Notes: a model not told the origin generated them from the letters alone. Numbered from the stretch's first letter, positions 1 through 10,809 are shown. The stretch is 64,000 nt of DNA from an uncultured Candidatus Saccharibacteria bacterium (GCA_964586695.1 CAZPGQ010000002.1:6337-70336), one strand, 5' to 3'. Translations and numbers: made by a program.

Positions 1-2
1 AC

Positions 3-3000
3 AGCTCCTCCGGTTGCACTCACTGCTCCAGTTGCATATGAATAATTTTCTATGATTCCACCACCAGCTCCCGCAGCAGTTCCGTTTGAACCAATAAGTC
101 CGCCAGCATATGCTGCACCGCCGGCTCCTGTAGCACCACCGGCACCACCCACTCCTCCGATTGAAGCTGTTCCACCTGCACCTCCAGCAACACCATTTGC
201 TCCGTTACCACTAGCACCACCGGTCGCAGTCACTGCTCGCGTAGAATAATTTGTAGTAATTTGTAAGTTATTACTTGCAGTGTTTGTTGTCTGTGCAACA
301 AGTCCACCAGCGTATGCTGCGCCTCCGGCTGAACTCGCACCACTCGCACCTGTTGCACCTCCAACTCCAGATCCTCCAGAAGCTGAACTACCAGCACTTC
401 CGCCAACACCTGATACACCTCCTGTTGCACTTACAGAACTAGTAATAGAATAATTATCTAGATAGTGAATAAATCCTGTTGTAACACTCGCAAGAGCAAC
501 AAGCCCACCTGCATCTGCTTCACCGCCAATTCCTCCCGCACCTCCTGCACCACCGGCGCCACCTATTGTTCCCCCTGTTGCACCTGCGCCTCCAGTACTA
601 CCAACAGCACCAACTCCACCTTGTGCACTGACAACTCCGGTTGAATATGAATTTGCAATACTACTGCCCGCAGGTGTTGTTGTAATTCTATGAATGCCAA
701 TAAGTCCACCTGCATATGCCGCACCGCCTGCTGGTGGAGTTCCAACTGCAGCTCCTCCTGCGCCCCCAGTAGCACCTGAAGCTGAAGATCCTCCTGCACC
801 AGAAGTTCCCTGAGTACCTGCATTTCCGCCAGTTGCACTAACACTGCCAGTTGCATAGTTAGAAAGATAGTCAATTGATCCAGTTGTTAAGTTGGATAAA
901 CCAATCAATCCACCTGCATCTGCTTCACCACCAACACCAGCGACTCCTCCCAATCCCCCGGCGGATCCTGTGTGAGTAGAACTTCCAGTTGAGCCATCAC
1001 CACCAGTACCACCTGTACCACCATTTCCACCCGTGCCACCCACAACACTGACATTACCAGTTGCATAAACATTTGAAATTCTCATTACTTGTGTAGTACC
1101 CGTGATACGACCAACCAACCCTCCTCCATATGTCGCGGCACCGGCACCACCATTTCCACCAACACCAGCAACAGCTGCCGTACCACTCGACTGACTTGCT
1201 CCTGATGTTCCACCAGCACCACCATTTCCACCATTACCACCAGTACCGCCTGTAACAGAAATATTTATATTTGAATATGAAGTATCTTGAATCGAACCAA
1301 GTGTTGATAGATAATCACCAACAAGTCCGCCGTATGCACGAATACCACCGGCACCTCCTGCGCCACCAACTGCACCAACACCACCGTTAAATGCACCAAC
1401 TCCTGTTCCTCCATTTCCGCCAGTACCACCATTACCTCCTGCCTGCTCACTTCCAGAAATACTTAAGTTAGTTGCGTATGAAGATGTAATAACACCAGAA
1501 CTAAATCCAATTAGACCACCCACAAACGCACCAGAAGATGCGCCTCCAACACCAAGTGTTGCAACAGCACCAGCTCCACCAGCACTTCCACCTGCTTTTC
1601 CTGAACCACCATTACCAGCATTACCACCATTTCCTGGAGTTCCACCTGTCACAGAGATATTACCTGTTCCCGCGCCGGCATCATAGCTGGCGTAAGAAGA
1701 AATAACATCTGCTGTTGCGTATCCCGCTAGACCTCCTGCATAAACAACTCCTGAAGCACCACCAGTACCAGGAACACTTCCGGCAACACCAGTACCTGAT
1801 GAACCTGAAATACCATTTGCACCGTTTGCCCCAGTACCGCCTGTTAATGTAAGTGTTGTTTTTGAATATGATCCATCTTGGATAACACCAGTGCTGTATC
1901 CAACAAGACCGCCAGCATAAACAGCACCACCTGCACCACCGTTTGATCCCGCTCCACCAATACCGTTAAGCGCTGTACCTGTACCAGTACCACCAGCACC
2001 ACCAAGCGCAGAAGCACCACCCGTACCACCAGTCGCTGTTACAGTTCCTGTTTTTGCATAACTATTTGTAATTGTTCCTAAAACATTTTGACCCGCAAGT
2101 CCCCCCGCTTGAACTGATGCTGCAAGAGTAATCGCACCAGCACCTCCGGCACCTGCTGCACCACCCACTCCACCAGCGTGGTTAGTTCCAGCAGAACCAT
2201 CTCCACCAACACCACCCACTCCTCCTGCACCTCCATTTCCACCAACAGCTGTAACACTAGTTGTTGCATATGAATCTGTAATACTTGCAGATAATGCAGT
2301 TACTCCATTTCTTCCAACAAGTCCTCCGACTGAAACTGCACCTCCGACACCACCCGCAGCACCAGCACCACCCGTCGCTGCAGTACCATTTGTAATTGTT
2401 CCAGACGCGCCCGCCGCACCACCAGCCCCACCCACGCCACCATTTCCACTTGTTGCAGTAACTGCTCCACCAATATGATAAGAATTTAATATATGTGAAG
2501 TATTATCACCAACAAGTCCACCAGTGAAGTTTACACCACCTGCACCACCCACTGTTCCTACAGTTCCTGCAGTTCCTGCTGAAGAAGATCCTCCCGCGCC
2601 TCCTGCGCCGCCGGCACCAGAATTTCCTCCGTTTCCAGATGTTCCTGTCACTGCACCGGTAGATGATGCATGAGAAATATTTCCTGTGGTTACAAGACCC
2701 ACAAGTCCACCTGTGTATGATGCACCGCCAAGACCTCCTGCGCCGCCGGCACCACCAGCACCACCCACTTGCGATGCACCACCTGTTGCACCTGCACCAC
2801 CCGCACCAGCATTACCTCCATTTCCTGCAACAACAGTAACATTACCTGTTGAATATGATGATTCAATCGAAACTCCAGTGTTTGTAAACCCAACAAGTCC
2901 ACCACCATATGCAAAACCTCCTGCTCCACCCGCACCACCTATGCCTCCTGCACCTCCAGCAACTGCACTTATAGCATTACTACCTACCCCACCGATACCA

Positions 3001-6000
3001 CCGGCACCACCTGTGTCTCCGGTAATTGTTACATTTCCTGTAGCATAAGAATCCTTTAATACAACTCCAGCTCCTGAAATAGAACCAATAAGACCTCCTG
3101 CATTTGATGCTGTTGCTTGAGTAATACCTCCAGCACCGCCGGCACCTCCAGAACTTCCAGCTGCACCGTTTACACCAGCAACTCCAGATCCTCCTGTGCC
3201 ACCTGTATCAGCATTGACAACAACATTATTGGTAGAAAATAGGTTATTGATATAAGCAACAGCAGAGTTACCCCCCAAAGCTCCTCCAACAAAAAGTGCA
3301 CCTGTTGCACCGCCGGCACCTCCAGCACCTCCTACTCCATTTCTTCCACTTCCTGAACCACCTGAACCACCAGCGCCACCTGAACCACCGTTTGCACCTC
3401 CACCACCAGAAGTAGCGGTAATCGTACCACCCTCACTACTTGAATTTGCAATATTTCCGTTCCCTTGACCAACAAGACCTCCTAAATATAAGTTTCCACT
3501 TGCTCCACCCGCTCCACCGGCACCACCAACTCCACCAGTGTGACCACCAGTTCCACTTGCACCGTTTCCTCCTGCGCCGCCGGCACCACCAGCACCACCA
3601 TCAACATTACTACTTGTAATATCTCCTACTACAATTGAATTATTTATAAGTCCTGGATTATCTCCTGCAAGTCCTCCTATATATGTTGCGCCTCCTGCGC
3701 CGCCGGCACCACCAGCACCACCTGTTGCTCCAGCACTTCCAGAAATATTACCGGATGCTCCAGCATTACCTCCGTTTCCACCAACACCTGGTGTTCCACC
3801 TGAGACAGTGATAGTAGTAATTGTATAATTGGTATTTCTAATAACACCAGTATTTGAACCGGCTATACCTCCACCATACCCCGCACCACCGGCACCACCA
3901 GCGCCTCCTACACCACCGGCACCACCTATTGCACCCGTAGAACTACCGCCCGCACCACCATTACCACCTGCACCACCATTACCACCTGCTCCACCTGCTG
4001 AATTAACCGTTCCTGTATTATTTGCAATATTAATTGTTCCTGCTATGACACCATTCCAACCCATAACACCCCCTGCATACGAGGCTCCTCCAGCACCTCC
4101 TGCACCTGCAGCTACTCCGGCAACACCAACAACTCCAGCGCCACTATTACCTCCATTTCCTGCATTTCCACCAGCACCACCAGCACCACCTGTTGCAGAA
4201 ACATTACCATTTGCATAAACATCTGATGCAACAGCACCAACACTAAATCCAATAAGTCCACCTGCTGCACCAACACCACCAACAGTTCCGACACCACCCG
4301 CAATACCAGTTCCTCCAGTAAATGCACCAGTTGATGTTCCTCCATTTGCGCCCGTAGCACCATTTGCACCTGCACCACCCGTTGCTGTTGCATTACCTGT
4401 TGCATAAGAACCTTGCACACTTCCATTTGTAGAATTAAATCCGATAAGCCCACCAGCATATCCAACACCTCCAAGGTTTGTTGCAGTAGCACCAGCTGCT
4501 CCACCAGCACCTCCAGCAGATGTTGCTCTATCACCACCAACACCACCACCACCATTCGCTCCACCGGCACCTCCAGTTGCTATCGCATTTCCAGTAGAAT
4601 ATGTCTCATGTATAGAACCTGTATTCATACCAACTGCTCCACCAGAATATCCAGCTGCTCCAACAACACCGGCACCTCCCACACCTCCAGCAGCACCCAC
4701 ACCTCCAGCTCCACCAGTCCCACCGATACCAGATGATCCTCCTGTTGAAGTAACAACAATATCAGCATATGAATCATTCACCACTCCAGCAGAATTAAAT
4801 GCAACAAGACCGCCTGCATATCCAATACCACCAGCACCGCTCGCACCACCTGTTCCACCCGCTGCACCAAGAGCTCCAGTACCACCGATACCACCAGCAC
4901 CACCTGTTGCACCTGTTCCACCATTACTACCGATTGAAGTAACAGAACCAGTTTCAAAATTTACCGAAGTTATACTTGCAGTATTTAAACCAGCAATACC
5001 ACCTGAATATGCAACTGCACCCGCACCTCCTGCTCCACCTGTAGCTCCTGCAGCACCAGTACTTGAAGCACCACCAGAAACATTACTGCCACCAAGACCC
5101 GCTGAACCACCATTCGCACCAGCAGATGCTGTTGCAGTTATTGTTCCACTTGCATAAGAATTAATAATTGTGTTTGTGTTGTTACCAACAACTCCAGATG
5201 CATACGCAATGGCACCAGCACCACCCGTGCCTCCAGTACCTCCTACTGCTCCTGCTCCAACAAAGGTTCCCACTGACGCACCTCCGGTACCACCGGAACC
5301 ACCAACCTGTGCAGTTCCTCCAAGTGAAGTAACATTACCTGTTGAATACGAAGTATCTTGAATCACACCAGCACTTTGTCCTGCTACACCTCCTGCAGTA
5401 GCAACACCACCAGCGCCTCCTGCTCCAGCAGCAGCACCAATACCACCCGCAAAGTTTGTTCCACCAACACCGCCAGTTCCTCCATTTCCAGCAGAACCAC
5501 CTGCACCACCAGTAACAAAAACATTTCCAGTATTGTAACTACTAGTAACTGTTCCTAGAATAATCTGTCCAACTACTCCTCCACCAAATGCTGCACCTCC
5601 TGCTCCACCAGCAGCTCCAGTCGATCCTGCTCCACCAGTGTTTGAAGTTCCCGCTCCACCATTCCCCCCGTTACCTCCGAGTCCACCAACACCACCAGTT
5701 GATGTAGCAATACCTGTTGAATATGAATTTTGAATTTCTCCGTTGTTAAGGTACCCAACAACACCACCTGCATAAGCGATACCACCTGCAGCTCCCGCTG
5801 AACCCGCAATACCAGCTACACCTGTTGTGAAAGTGTATCCATTACCACCATTTGCACCTGCTCCACCAGCACCAGATGTTCCTTCTACATTACTTGTTGA
5901 ATATGAGTCAGAAATTGTAGTTCCTGTATTGTGTCCAACAACTCCTCCCGCATAAATAATTCCTCCAACTGTTGCAGCACCAGCTGCACCTTGTGTTCCA

Positions 6001-9000
6001 CCTGTCCATGCACCACCAGCACCACCTGCGCCAGCAGATCCTCCTGCACCAGCTACACCAACTACACTACCGGTAGTATGGTAACTTTCTCTAACTGACA
6101 ACGTGCTGTTACCTGCAATTCCTCCAATATATAAAACTCCAGCTGCACCTCCAGTTCCGCCAGCAATACCAGCAAGTCCGTTCTGGGCCGCCACACCTGT
6201 GGCTCCTGCACCACCTGCACCACCAGTGCCAGACACAGCATTTGTAGAAGATGCAAATGCATTAACACCAAGATTACTTGCAACAACACCTCCAACATAT
6301 GCAGTACCACCAGCTCCACCTGCACCAGATGCACCCCCGGCACCAGATGTTCCCGCTGATCCCTTTGCACCACCGGATCCTCCAGTACCCCCAACTCCTC
6401 CAACTCCACCGACGACACTAACTAGTCCAGTCGTTGAATTTACATATCTAATCGCTCCATTATTTAATCCAACCAAGCCACCTGAATATGCTCCACCACC
6501 AGCACCACCAACAGACCCAGCTCCACCAGCACCACCTGTACCTGTAGTAGTAAGTGAAGCACTACCACCTGCTCCACCCGTAGTACCATTTTTACCCGCA
6601 GATCCTGTTGCCGTTACAACACCACTAGCGTAAACTTCTAAAGTTTCGCCTGAAATAATTCCTGATATACCATTTTGAGCAACGAGTCCTCCAGCGTATG
6701 CGATTGCTCCAGCACCACCAGCACCTCCAGTCGCAGTTGCACCAGATGCACCAGCAGCCACTGAACCCGCGGCAGAAGCACCACCCGCACTTCCCGCTGA
6801 ACCGTTACCTGGTGTACCACCAGTTGCCTGGACAACTCCTGTTGCATAACTTCCATTTTCAATAGTTCCTGAATTGTTTCCAACTAATCCACCTGCATAC
6901 GAAACACCACCAATTCCTCCAGCGGCACCGGCACCACCAATTCCTCCAATATTTGATCCTCCACCACCAGTTCCTGCATTACCCCCAGTACCAGATGTTC
7001 CTGCATTACCACCTGCACCACCTAGCGCAGTAACTTCTCCAGTAGTGAAAGAGGAACTCACTGTCCCGGCTTGTATCCATCCTACAAGTCCTCCAACATA
7101 AGAAACGCCTCCGGCTCCAGCTACTGCAGCTGCACCGCCTGCTCCACCAATTCCAGTTCCAACTCCAGTGACTGATCCATTTCCTCCATTTCCTGCATTT
7201 CCACTTGCACCTCCTGCTCCACCAGTACCAATAATTGTTGCCGTACTTGTTGCAGTTGCAATACTTCCTTGTTGTGAATATCCAACTACACCTCCCACAT
7301 ACACAGTACCGCCAATTGCAGCGGCATTACTAACAGCTGAACCACCTAAACCACCAGTGTTCGTCCCAGTTGTAGTGTTTCCACCGTTACCGCCAGCACC
7401 TCCTGCACCACCAGCACCTCCTGCACCAGTAACACTTCCCGCAACTCCAACATTTGTAATTGTTCCTGTGTTATATCCAACCAAACCACCGAGATATAAA
7501 ACACTACCCGCAGTACCAGCACCACCGTTAGTACCCGCAGTTGGTGATGCTCCATCCGATCCAGCTGAACCAGTACTACCTACAGTTCCCGCGGTACTTG
7601 TTGCACTAACAGATAAACCAGAAAGATATACATTTTGAATAAGGTTTGTTGAATATCCAAAAATTCCCACATAACTTGATGTCGTTGTGGCAATAAATAA
7701 ATTGCTTATGGTGAAATTATTTCCATCAAAAATTCCTGTAAATGTATTAACAGTTGAATTGCCCACTGGATCAAAACCGGCTCCAGAGTTCCAACCAGTT
7801 GTATTTGTGGCATCTATGTTGTTGTTTAATTTATAAGAACTTGATGTCGCAGTTTTCATTCCCTGTAGTCCATACACATCATAAATTATGAAAGGGTCTG
7901 TACTTATACCCAATCCGGTATATCGACGAAATGTACCTGCGCTTACAGAAAAACTTCCTGTCACGGTTAATGTATTTGTTTCAGGATTGGTCGCTGTAAA
8001 TGTCGCTGCAGATGTCTGAGAATAATTTCCAGACTGGCCACCAGAGTTTGTAATTGTAAGATCTTCACTTTGAACAATTGTCCCTGTATATCCACTGATA
8101 GTGATTGAGCCTGCAGTCGCAGAAGTATCTATGGTAATTACAGAAGATGCAGATCCAGAACTTGCATCAAAAAATACCGCAGTTGTTGCATCTGGAATAC
8201 CACCAAAACTTCCAGCCACACCGTTAGAAGATGCAGCCCATTTGTTTGAATCAGACCAATTTCCAGTACCTCCCACCCAGTAAGCATTTGGGTCAGTGAT
8301 GTAGTCTATCTCAATATTACCAATAATCTTTAAATCAAAAACTGCTGTCGGATTTATAAGCCCATTAAGAACTAGACTGTATCTTCCGTCACTACCGATT
8401 GTCGCAAAAGTTCCAACGTATGTACCATCAATTGTATAAACTTCTACCGTTACGGGAGAGCTGGAGCTAGCAGGTCGAGCAAACAATGTAATGTCACGTG
8501 TATTATCCAAAAGATGTTCAAATGTAACTCGCACATACTGCCCATCTAAAATACTCACATAATTTTGATCACGTGTTTTAACTAAATCATAAATATCCTC
8601 AATAACATTTTTAGCACTGTCCAATCTCATAGCATTTGAAATTAAAATAATTTCAAAAATCTGTGTAGACAAATGTGGAACTATCCATGCTACGTGATCT
8701 ATGTAACCGTTTCCATCTTCATCAGTTGCAACAAATTGCATTTCCTGAGCTCCGTTATTTTTCCACTGAATTTTAATTTTACTTTCATCACCCACTTTAA
8801 AAATTTCTGGTATAGCAGTTTGAACTGGAATGTTTATCATCGGTGTAATCAACTCCTGTTCCGGTGTTGCTGAAACTACTACTGTTTTTCCATTCTCTGA
8901 AATTTGCTCAACGATTGTTGGAATTTCTATTTGTGAAGATTGCGAACCTCCACCAGAAAGTGAATCATGGGTTTCAACTGAAGTTGTAGAATTCTGACTT

Positions 9001-9449
9001 ATAATATTTTCAGTAGAAGTTGAAACCTGTTCTTCGTTTAAAATTAAAACTGAAGTTGAGGTTGAAAATTGACCTTCATCTAAAACCGAATCAGAGTCAA
9101 GAATATTTTCATTATTTGAAATTTCATCCGTAGTTGTAGCAACAGAAATTTCTGTTGCTGTGGAATTTTGAATCTGCGTATCTATCTCAACTTGATTCTC
9201 GATTAGCGGATCTGCTGCCTGCTCAATATTTTCTTCAACAAGAATTGAAGGTTCAGTTATTTCTGGGATAGGCAATTCTGGAACTGCAGGCACTTCAGGA
9301 GCCACAACCTCTATTGGATCCACCTGGACCAATACTTCATTATCAGCATGGAGCTCCAATGGCAGCGCGACAAAGGCAAGTAGAAAAAATATCACTAAAG
9401 TATTTTTAGTGAAATATAATTTTAAATTTTTTATCCGTTCAAAAAACAT
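3..9449 (-). CDS. Giant secreted/surface protein (at least 3149 aa, 3' end outside the window): signal peptide, acidic/Thr-rich linker, N-terminal domains, then ~39 GLUG-like repeats each with a Gly-rich (GGxGGx) insert
   Basis: ATG at 9449 reads MFFERIKNLKLYFTKNTLVIFFLLAFVALPLELHA-DNE. The same frame at the window edge reads ...YAGGLIGSNGTAAGAGGIIENYSYATGAVSATGGA. The ORF track has no entry for it, consistent with no stop inside the window. A GLUG/M26-type entry motif (DPFIIYDVYGLQ...YKLNNNIDA...GFDPVG...FTGIFDGNNFTISNL...VGIFG) lies at ~7650-7920. Confidence 0.9.
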   Translation of the reverse strand, partial: MFFERIKNLKLYFTKNTLVIFFLLAFVALPLELHADNEVLVQVDPIEVVAPEVPAVPELPIPEITEPSILVEENIEQAADPLIENQVEIDTQIQNSTATEISVATTTDEISNNENILDSDSVLDEGQFSTSTSVLILNEEQVSTSTENIISQNSTTSVETHDSLSGGGSQSSQIEIPTIVEQISENGKTVVVSATPEQELITPMINIPVQTAIPEIFKVGDESKIKIQWKNNGAQEMQFVATDEDGNGYIDHVAWIVPHLSTQIFEIILISNAMRLDSAKNVIEDIYDLVKTRDQNYVSILDGQYVRVTFEHLLDNTRDITLFARPASSSSPVTVEVYTIDGTYVGTFATIGSDGRYSLVLNGLINPTAVFDLKIIGNIEIDYITDPNAYWVGGTGNWSDSNKWAASSNGVAGSFGGIPDATTAVFFDASSGSASSVITIDTSATAGSITISGYTGTIVQSEDLTITNSGGQSGNYSQTSAATFTATNPETNTLTVTGSFSVSAGTFRRYTGLGISTDPFIIYDVYGLQGMKTATSSSYKLNNNIDATNTTGWNSGAGFDPVGNSTVNTFTGIFDGNNFTISNLFIATTTSSYVGIFGYSTNLIQNVYLSGLSVSATSTAGTVGSTGSAGSDGASPTAGTNGGAGTAGSVLYLGGLVGYNTGTITNVGVAGSVTGAGGAGGAGGAGGNGGNTTTGTNTGGLGGSAVSNAAAIGGTVYVGGVVGYSQQGSIATATSTATIIGTGGAGGASGNAGNGGNGSVTGVGTGIGGAGGAAAVAGAGGVSYVGGLVGWIQAGTVSSSFTTGEVTALGGAGGNAGTSGTGGNAGTGGGGSNIGGIGGAGAAGGIGGVSYAGGLVGNNSGTIENGSYATGVVQATGGTPGNGSAGSAGGASAAGSVAAGASGATATGGAGGAGAIAYAGGLVAQNGISGIISGETLEVYASGVVTATGSAGKNGTTGGAGGSASLTTTGTGGAGGAGSVGGAGGGAYSGGLVGLNNGAIRYVNSTTGLVSVVGGVGGVGGTGGSGGAKGSAGTSGAGGASGAGGAGGTAYVGGVVASNLGVNAFASSTNAVSGTGGAGGAGATGVAAQNGLAGIAGGTGGAAGVLYIGGIAGNSTLSVRESYHTTGSVVGVAGAGGSAGAGGAGGAWTGGTQGAAGAATVGGIIYAGGVVGHNTGTTISDSYSTSNVEGTSGAGGAGANGGNGYTFTTGVAGIAGSAGAAGGIAYAGGVVGYLNNGEIQNSYSTGIATSTGGVGGLGGNGGNGGAGTSNTGGAGSTGAAGGAGGAAFGGGVVGQIILGTVTSSYNTGNVFVTGGAGGSAGNGGTGGVGGTNFAGGIGAAAGAGGAGGVATAGGVAGQSAGVIQDTSYSTGNVTSLGGTAQVGGSGGTGGASVGTFVGAGAVGGTGGTGGAGAIAYASGVVGNNTNTIINSYASGTITATASAGANGGSAGLGGSNVSGGASSTGAAGATGGAGGAGAVAYSGGIAGLNTASITSVNFETGSVTSIGSNGGTGATGGAGGIGGTGALGAAGGTGGASGAGGIGYAGGLVAFNSAGVVNDSYADIVVTSTGGSSGIGGTGGAGGVGAAGGVGGAGVVGAAGYSGGAVGMNTGSIHETYSTGNAIATGGAGGANGGGGVGGDRATSAGGAGGAAGATATNLGGVGYAGGLIGFNSTNGSVQGSYATGNATATGGAGANGATGANGGTSTGAFTGGTGIAGGVGTVGGVGAAGGLIGFSVGAVASDVYANGNVSATGGAGGAGGNAGNGGNSGAGVVGVAGVAAGAGGAGGASYAGGVMGWNGVIAGTINIANNTGTVNSAGGAGGNGGAGGNGGAGGSSTGAIGGAGGVGGAGGAGGAGYGGGIAGSNTGVIRNTNYTITTITVSGGTPGVGGNGGNAGASGNISGSAGATGGAGGAGGAGGATYIGGLAGDNPGLINNSIVVGDITSSNVDGGAGGAGGAGGNGASGTGGHTGGVGGAGGAGGASGNLYLGGLVGQGNGNIANSSSEGGTITATSGGGGANGGSGGAGGSGGSGSGRNGVGGAGGAGGATGALFVGGALGGNSAVAYINNLFSTNNVVVNADTGGTGGSGVAGVNGAAGSSGGAGGAGGITQATASNAGGLIGSISGAGVVLKDSYATGNVTITGDTGGAGGIGGVGSNAISAVAGGAGGIGGAGGAGGFAYGGGLVGFTNTGVSIESSYSTGNVTVVAGNGGNAGAGGAGATGGASQVGGAGGAGGAGGLGGASYTGGLVGLVTTGNISHASSTGAVTGTSGNGGNSGAGGAGGAGGSSSAGTAGTVGTVGGAGGVNFTGGLVGDNTSHILNSYHIGGAVTATSGNGGVGGAGGAAGASGTITNGTAATGGAGAAGGVGGAVSVGGLVGRNGVTALSASITDSYATTSVTAVGGNGGAGGVGGVGGDGSAGTNHAGGVGGAAGAGGAGAITLAASVQAGGLAGQNVLGTITNSYAKTGTVTATGGTGGASALGGAGGTGTGTALNGIGGAGSNGGAGGAVYAGGLVGYSTGVIQDGSYSKTTLTLTGGTGANGANGISGSSGTGVAGSVPGTGGASGVVYAGGLAGYATADVISSYASYDAGAGTGNISVTGGTPGNGGNAGNGGSGKAGGSAGGAGAVATLGVGGASSGAFVGGLIGFSSGVITSSYATNLSISGSEQAGGNGGTGGNGGTGVGAFNGGVGAVGGAGGAGGIRAYGGLVGDYLSTLGSIQDTSYSNINISVTGGTGGNGGNGGAGGTSGASQSSGTAAVAGVGGNGGAGAATYGGGLVGRITGTTQVMRISNVYATGNVSVVGGTGGNGGTGGTGGDGSTGSSTHTGSAGGLGGVAGVGGEADAGGLIGLSNLTTGSIDYLSNYATGSVSATGGNAGTQGTSGAGGSSASGATGGAGGAAVGTPPAGGAAYAGGLIGIHRITTTPAGSSIANSYSTGVVSAQGGVGAVGSTGGAGATGGTIGGAGGAGGAGGIGGEADAGGLVALASVTTGFIHYLDNYSITSSVSATGGVSGVGGSAGSSASGGSGVGGATGASGASSAGGAAYAGGLVAQTTNTASNNLQITTNYSTRAVTATGGASGNGANGVAGGAGGTASIGGVGGAGGATGAGGAAYAGGLIGSNGTAAGAGGGIIENYSYATGAVSATGGA
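90..7680 (-). repeat. ~39 degenerate in-frame repeats of ~190 bp (~63 aa) within the giant ORF
   Basis: The motif (Y)xGG(L/I/V)(V/I/A)G recurs roughly every 170-220 bp, e.g. near 100, 305, 505, 710, 910 ... 7090, 7290, 7490 (counted by eye). Confidence 0.85.
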
Positions 9450-9903
9450 AGATTATTATTAATAATTTTAACAAACAGATTTTTTTATGTATATGAAAAA
9501 TGATTATATTTTTAGTCATATTCTTCTACTAAACTTTTTAATTTTATTAGTATTTTTTCACAGAAAAAATAGCTAGCTTTTTGCGGGAAAACAATTTAAA
9601 AATCAGCATTAACTATCCAATGAAATATTAGATTTGAAAATAATACTTGCATGAAACATCTACCCAGACGAAGCCATCACCTTTAAATTTATTATCGATA
9701 GAAATAGAAAATGTTTTTATGTATTTATATATACTATATTATTGGGCCGACACATTAATAAACCTTGATAATGATATATACGAAATTGACTATTTTATCT
9801 ATATTTATAGCTCCACTAGTTTAAAATTTATATTTTACTTGTAGATTTAATTTTTTGGTAAAAGTATGCCTAATTTAAATCTGTGTAACATTTTTGATTT
9901 TTG

Positions 9904-9974
9904 AGCCAAGAATGAGAATCGAACTCATGTTCCTGCTTTACGAAAGCAGTGTTCTACCACTGAACTACCCTGGC
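9904..9974 (-). tRNA. tRNA-Thr(CGT)
   Basis: Cloverleaf GCCAGGG...TCTTGGC-T; anticodon arm CTGCT-TTCGTAA-AGCAG; T-loop TTCGATT. Confidence 0.92.
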
Positions 9975-10020
9975 TAATGAATACAATATAGTTCCAAAAT
10001 ATTGTATGTACCAAATTAAG

Positions 10021-10029
10021 TTATCCACA
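10021..10029 (+). promoter_or_regulatory. Perfect DnaA-box 9-mer TTATCCACA between the two tRNA-Thr genes
   Basis: Exact match to the consensus; other intergenic copies at 25197-25205, 38700-38708 and 39746-39754. Confidence 0.45.
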
Positions 10030-10056
10030 ATCAAACTTAAAATTTGTTTAATTTTG

Positions 10057-10128
10057 AGCCGCTGGCGGGAATCGGACCCGCGCTCTCCGTCTTACCAAGA
10101 CGGTGCTTTACCACTAAGCCACAACGGC
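10057..10128 (-). tRNA. tRNA-Thr(GGT)
   Basis: GCCGTTG...CAGCGGC-T; anticodon arm CCGTC-TTGGTAA-GACGG; atypical T-loop TCCGATT. Confidence 0.92.
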
Positions 10129-10152
10129 ATTCGAACAATATAACACATAGTT

Positions 10153-10782
10153 TTATTTTTGGTCATACTCCTTTATCTTCCCCATTTCTATTTCTATCTT
10201 ATCCGCTTTCCTTAAATTTTTAATTTGTTTTTTTGTGAGTATTTGGTGGTGAGTTATTTTATCTAAATATTCTGGTATCTCAAAAAGATCGACTTCTGAT
10301 GTTCTCCAATTTATTTTATTAAAATGATTGAGATCAAAAGGATCAGAATATTCTCTCAAAGTTTTCAGACCATTATTGTTCAAAAAATATTCGTGAAAAT
10401 ACGACATTACCAACTCTCTTATGCTTTTATATACTGGCTCTCTGTACCTCAAAACTCCATGATTTGTTTTTGATATAGCTCCATAAAAACCCTCCTCATT
10501 CCAAATAGCAACGACATGGTCGTAGTCAAAAGGTTTTTTGGATGACCTCAAATCAAGTACTAGTGGTTTGAAACCATGATGTTCCAAAATTGCTGAAGCT
10601 AGTAACGCACCTTCCATGCAATGAGCTTTGTTCTCCAAAAGCACGCTTCTTGGAGACATACAGGTCTCACCTTTTTTTTCAAAATTAAAAGGTATTTTAT
10701 TCAAAAAATCTTGAATCTTTGCTGGTGTATTCAGTTTCTTAAATAATTTTTCTTCAGTTTTTGTATAACCAAAATTGTTCAT
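10153..10782 (-). CDS. Conserved hypothetical protein, probable transglutaminase-like/papain-fold
   Basis: 209-aa ORF with AHCMEGA and DHVVA motifs, suggesting Cys-His catalytic residues. Confidence 0.6.
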   Translation of the reverse strand: MNNFGYTKTEEKLFKKLNTPAKIQDFLNKIPFNFEKKGETCMSPRSVLLENKAHCMEGALLASAILEHHGFKPLVLDLRSSKKPFDYDHVVAIWNEEGFYGAISKTNHGVLRYREPVYKSIRELVMSYFHEYFLNNNGLKTLREYSDPFDLNHFNKINWRTSEVDLFEIPEYLDKITHHQILTKKQIKNLRKADKIEIEMGKIKEYDQK

Positions 10783-10809
10783 ATATAGAACAATTTTAAC
10801 ATAAACAGA

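Noticed and set aside
90-7680. Possible PE_PGRS gene or mycobacterial contamination
   Set aside because: There is no PE domain, codons are AT-ending like the rest of the window, and the Gly runs are interleaved with GLUG-like cores.
52-8873. About 25 short Pro/Ala-rich (+) and Val/Leu/Gln-rich (-) ORFs in the ORF track
   Set aside because: They are antisense or off-frame shadows of the giant Gly-rich ORF 9449 to <1.
9560-9890. Possible gene remnant or 65-aa ORF upstream of the giant gene
   Set aside because: The region is very AT-rich with stops in all minus frames and no recognisable motif; a CDS or pseudogene call cannot be supported.
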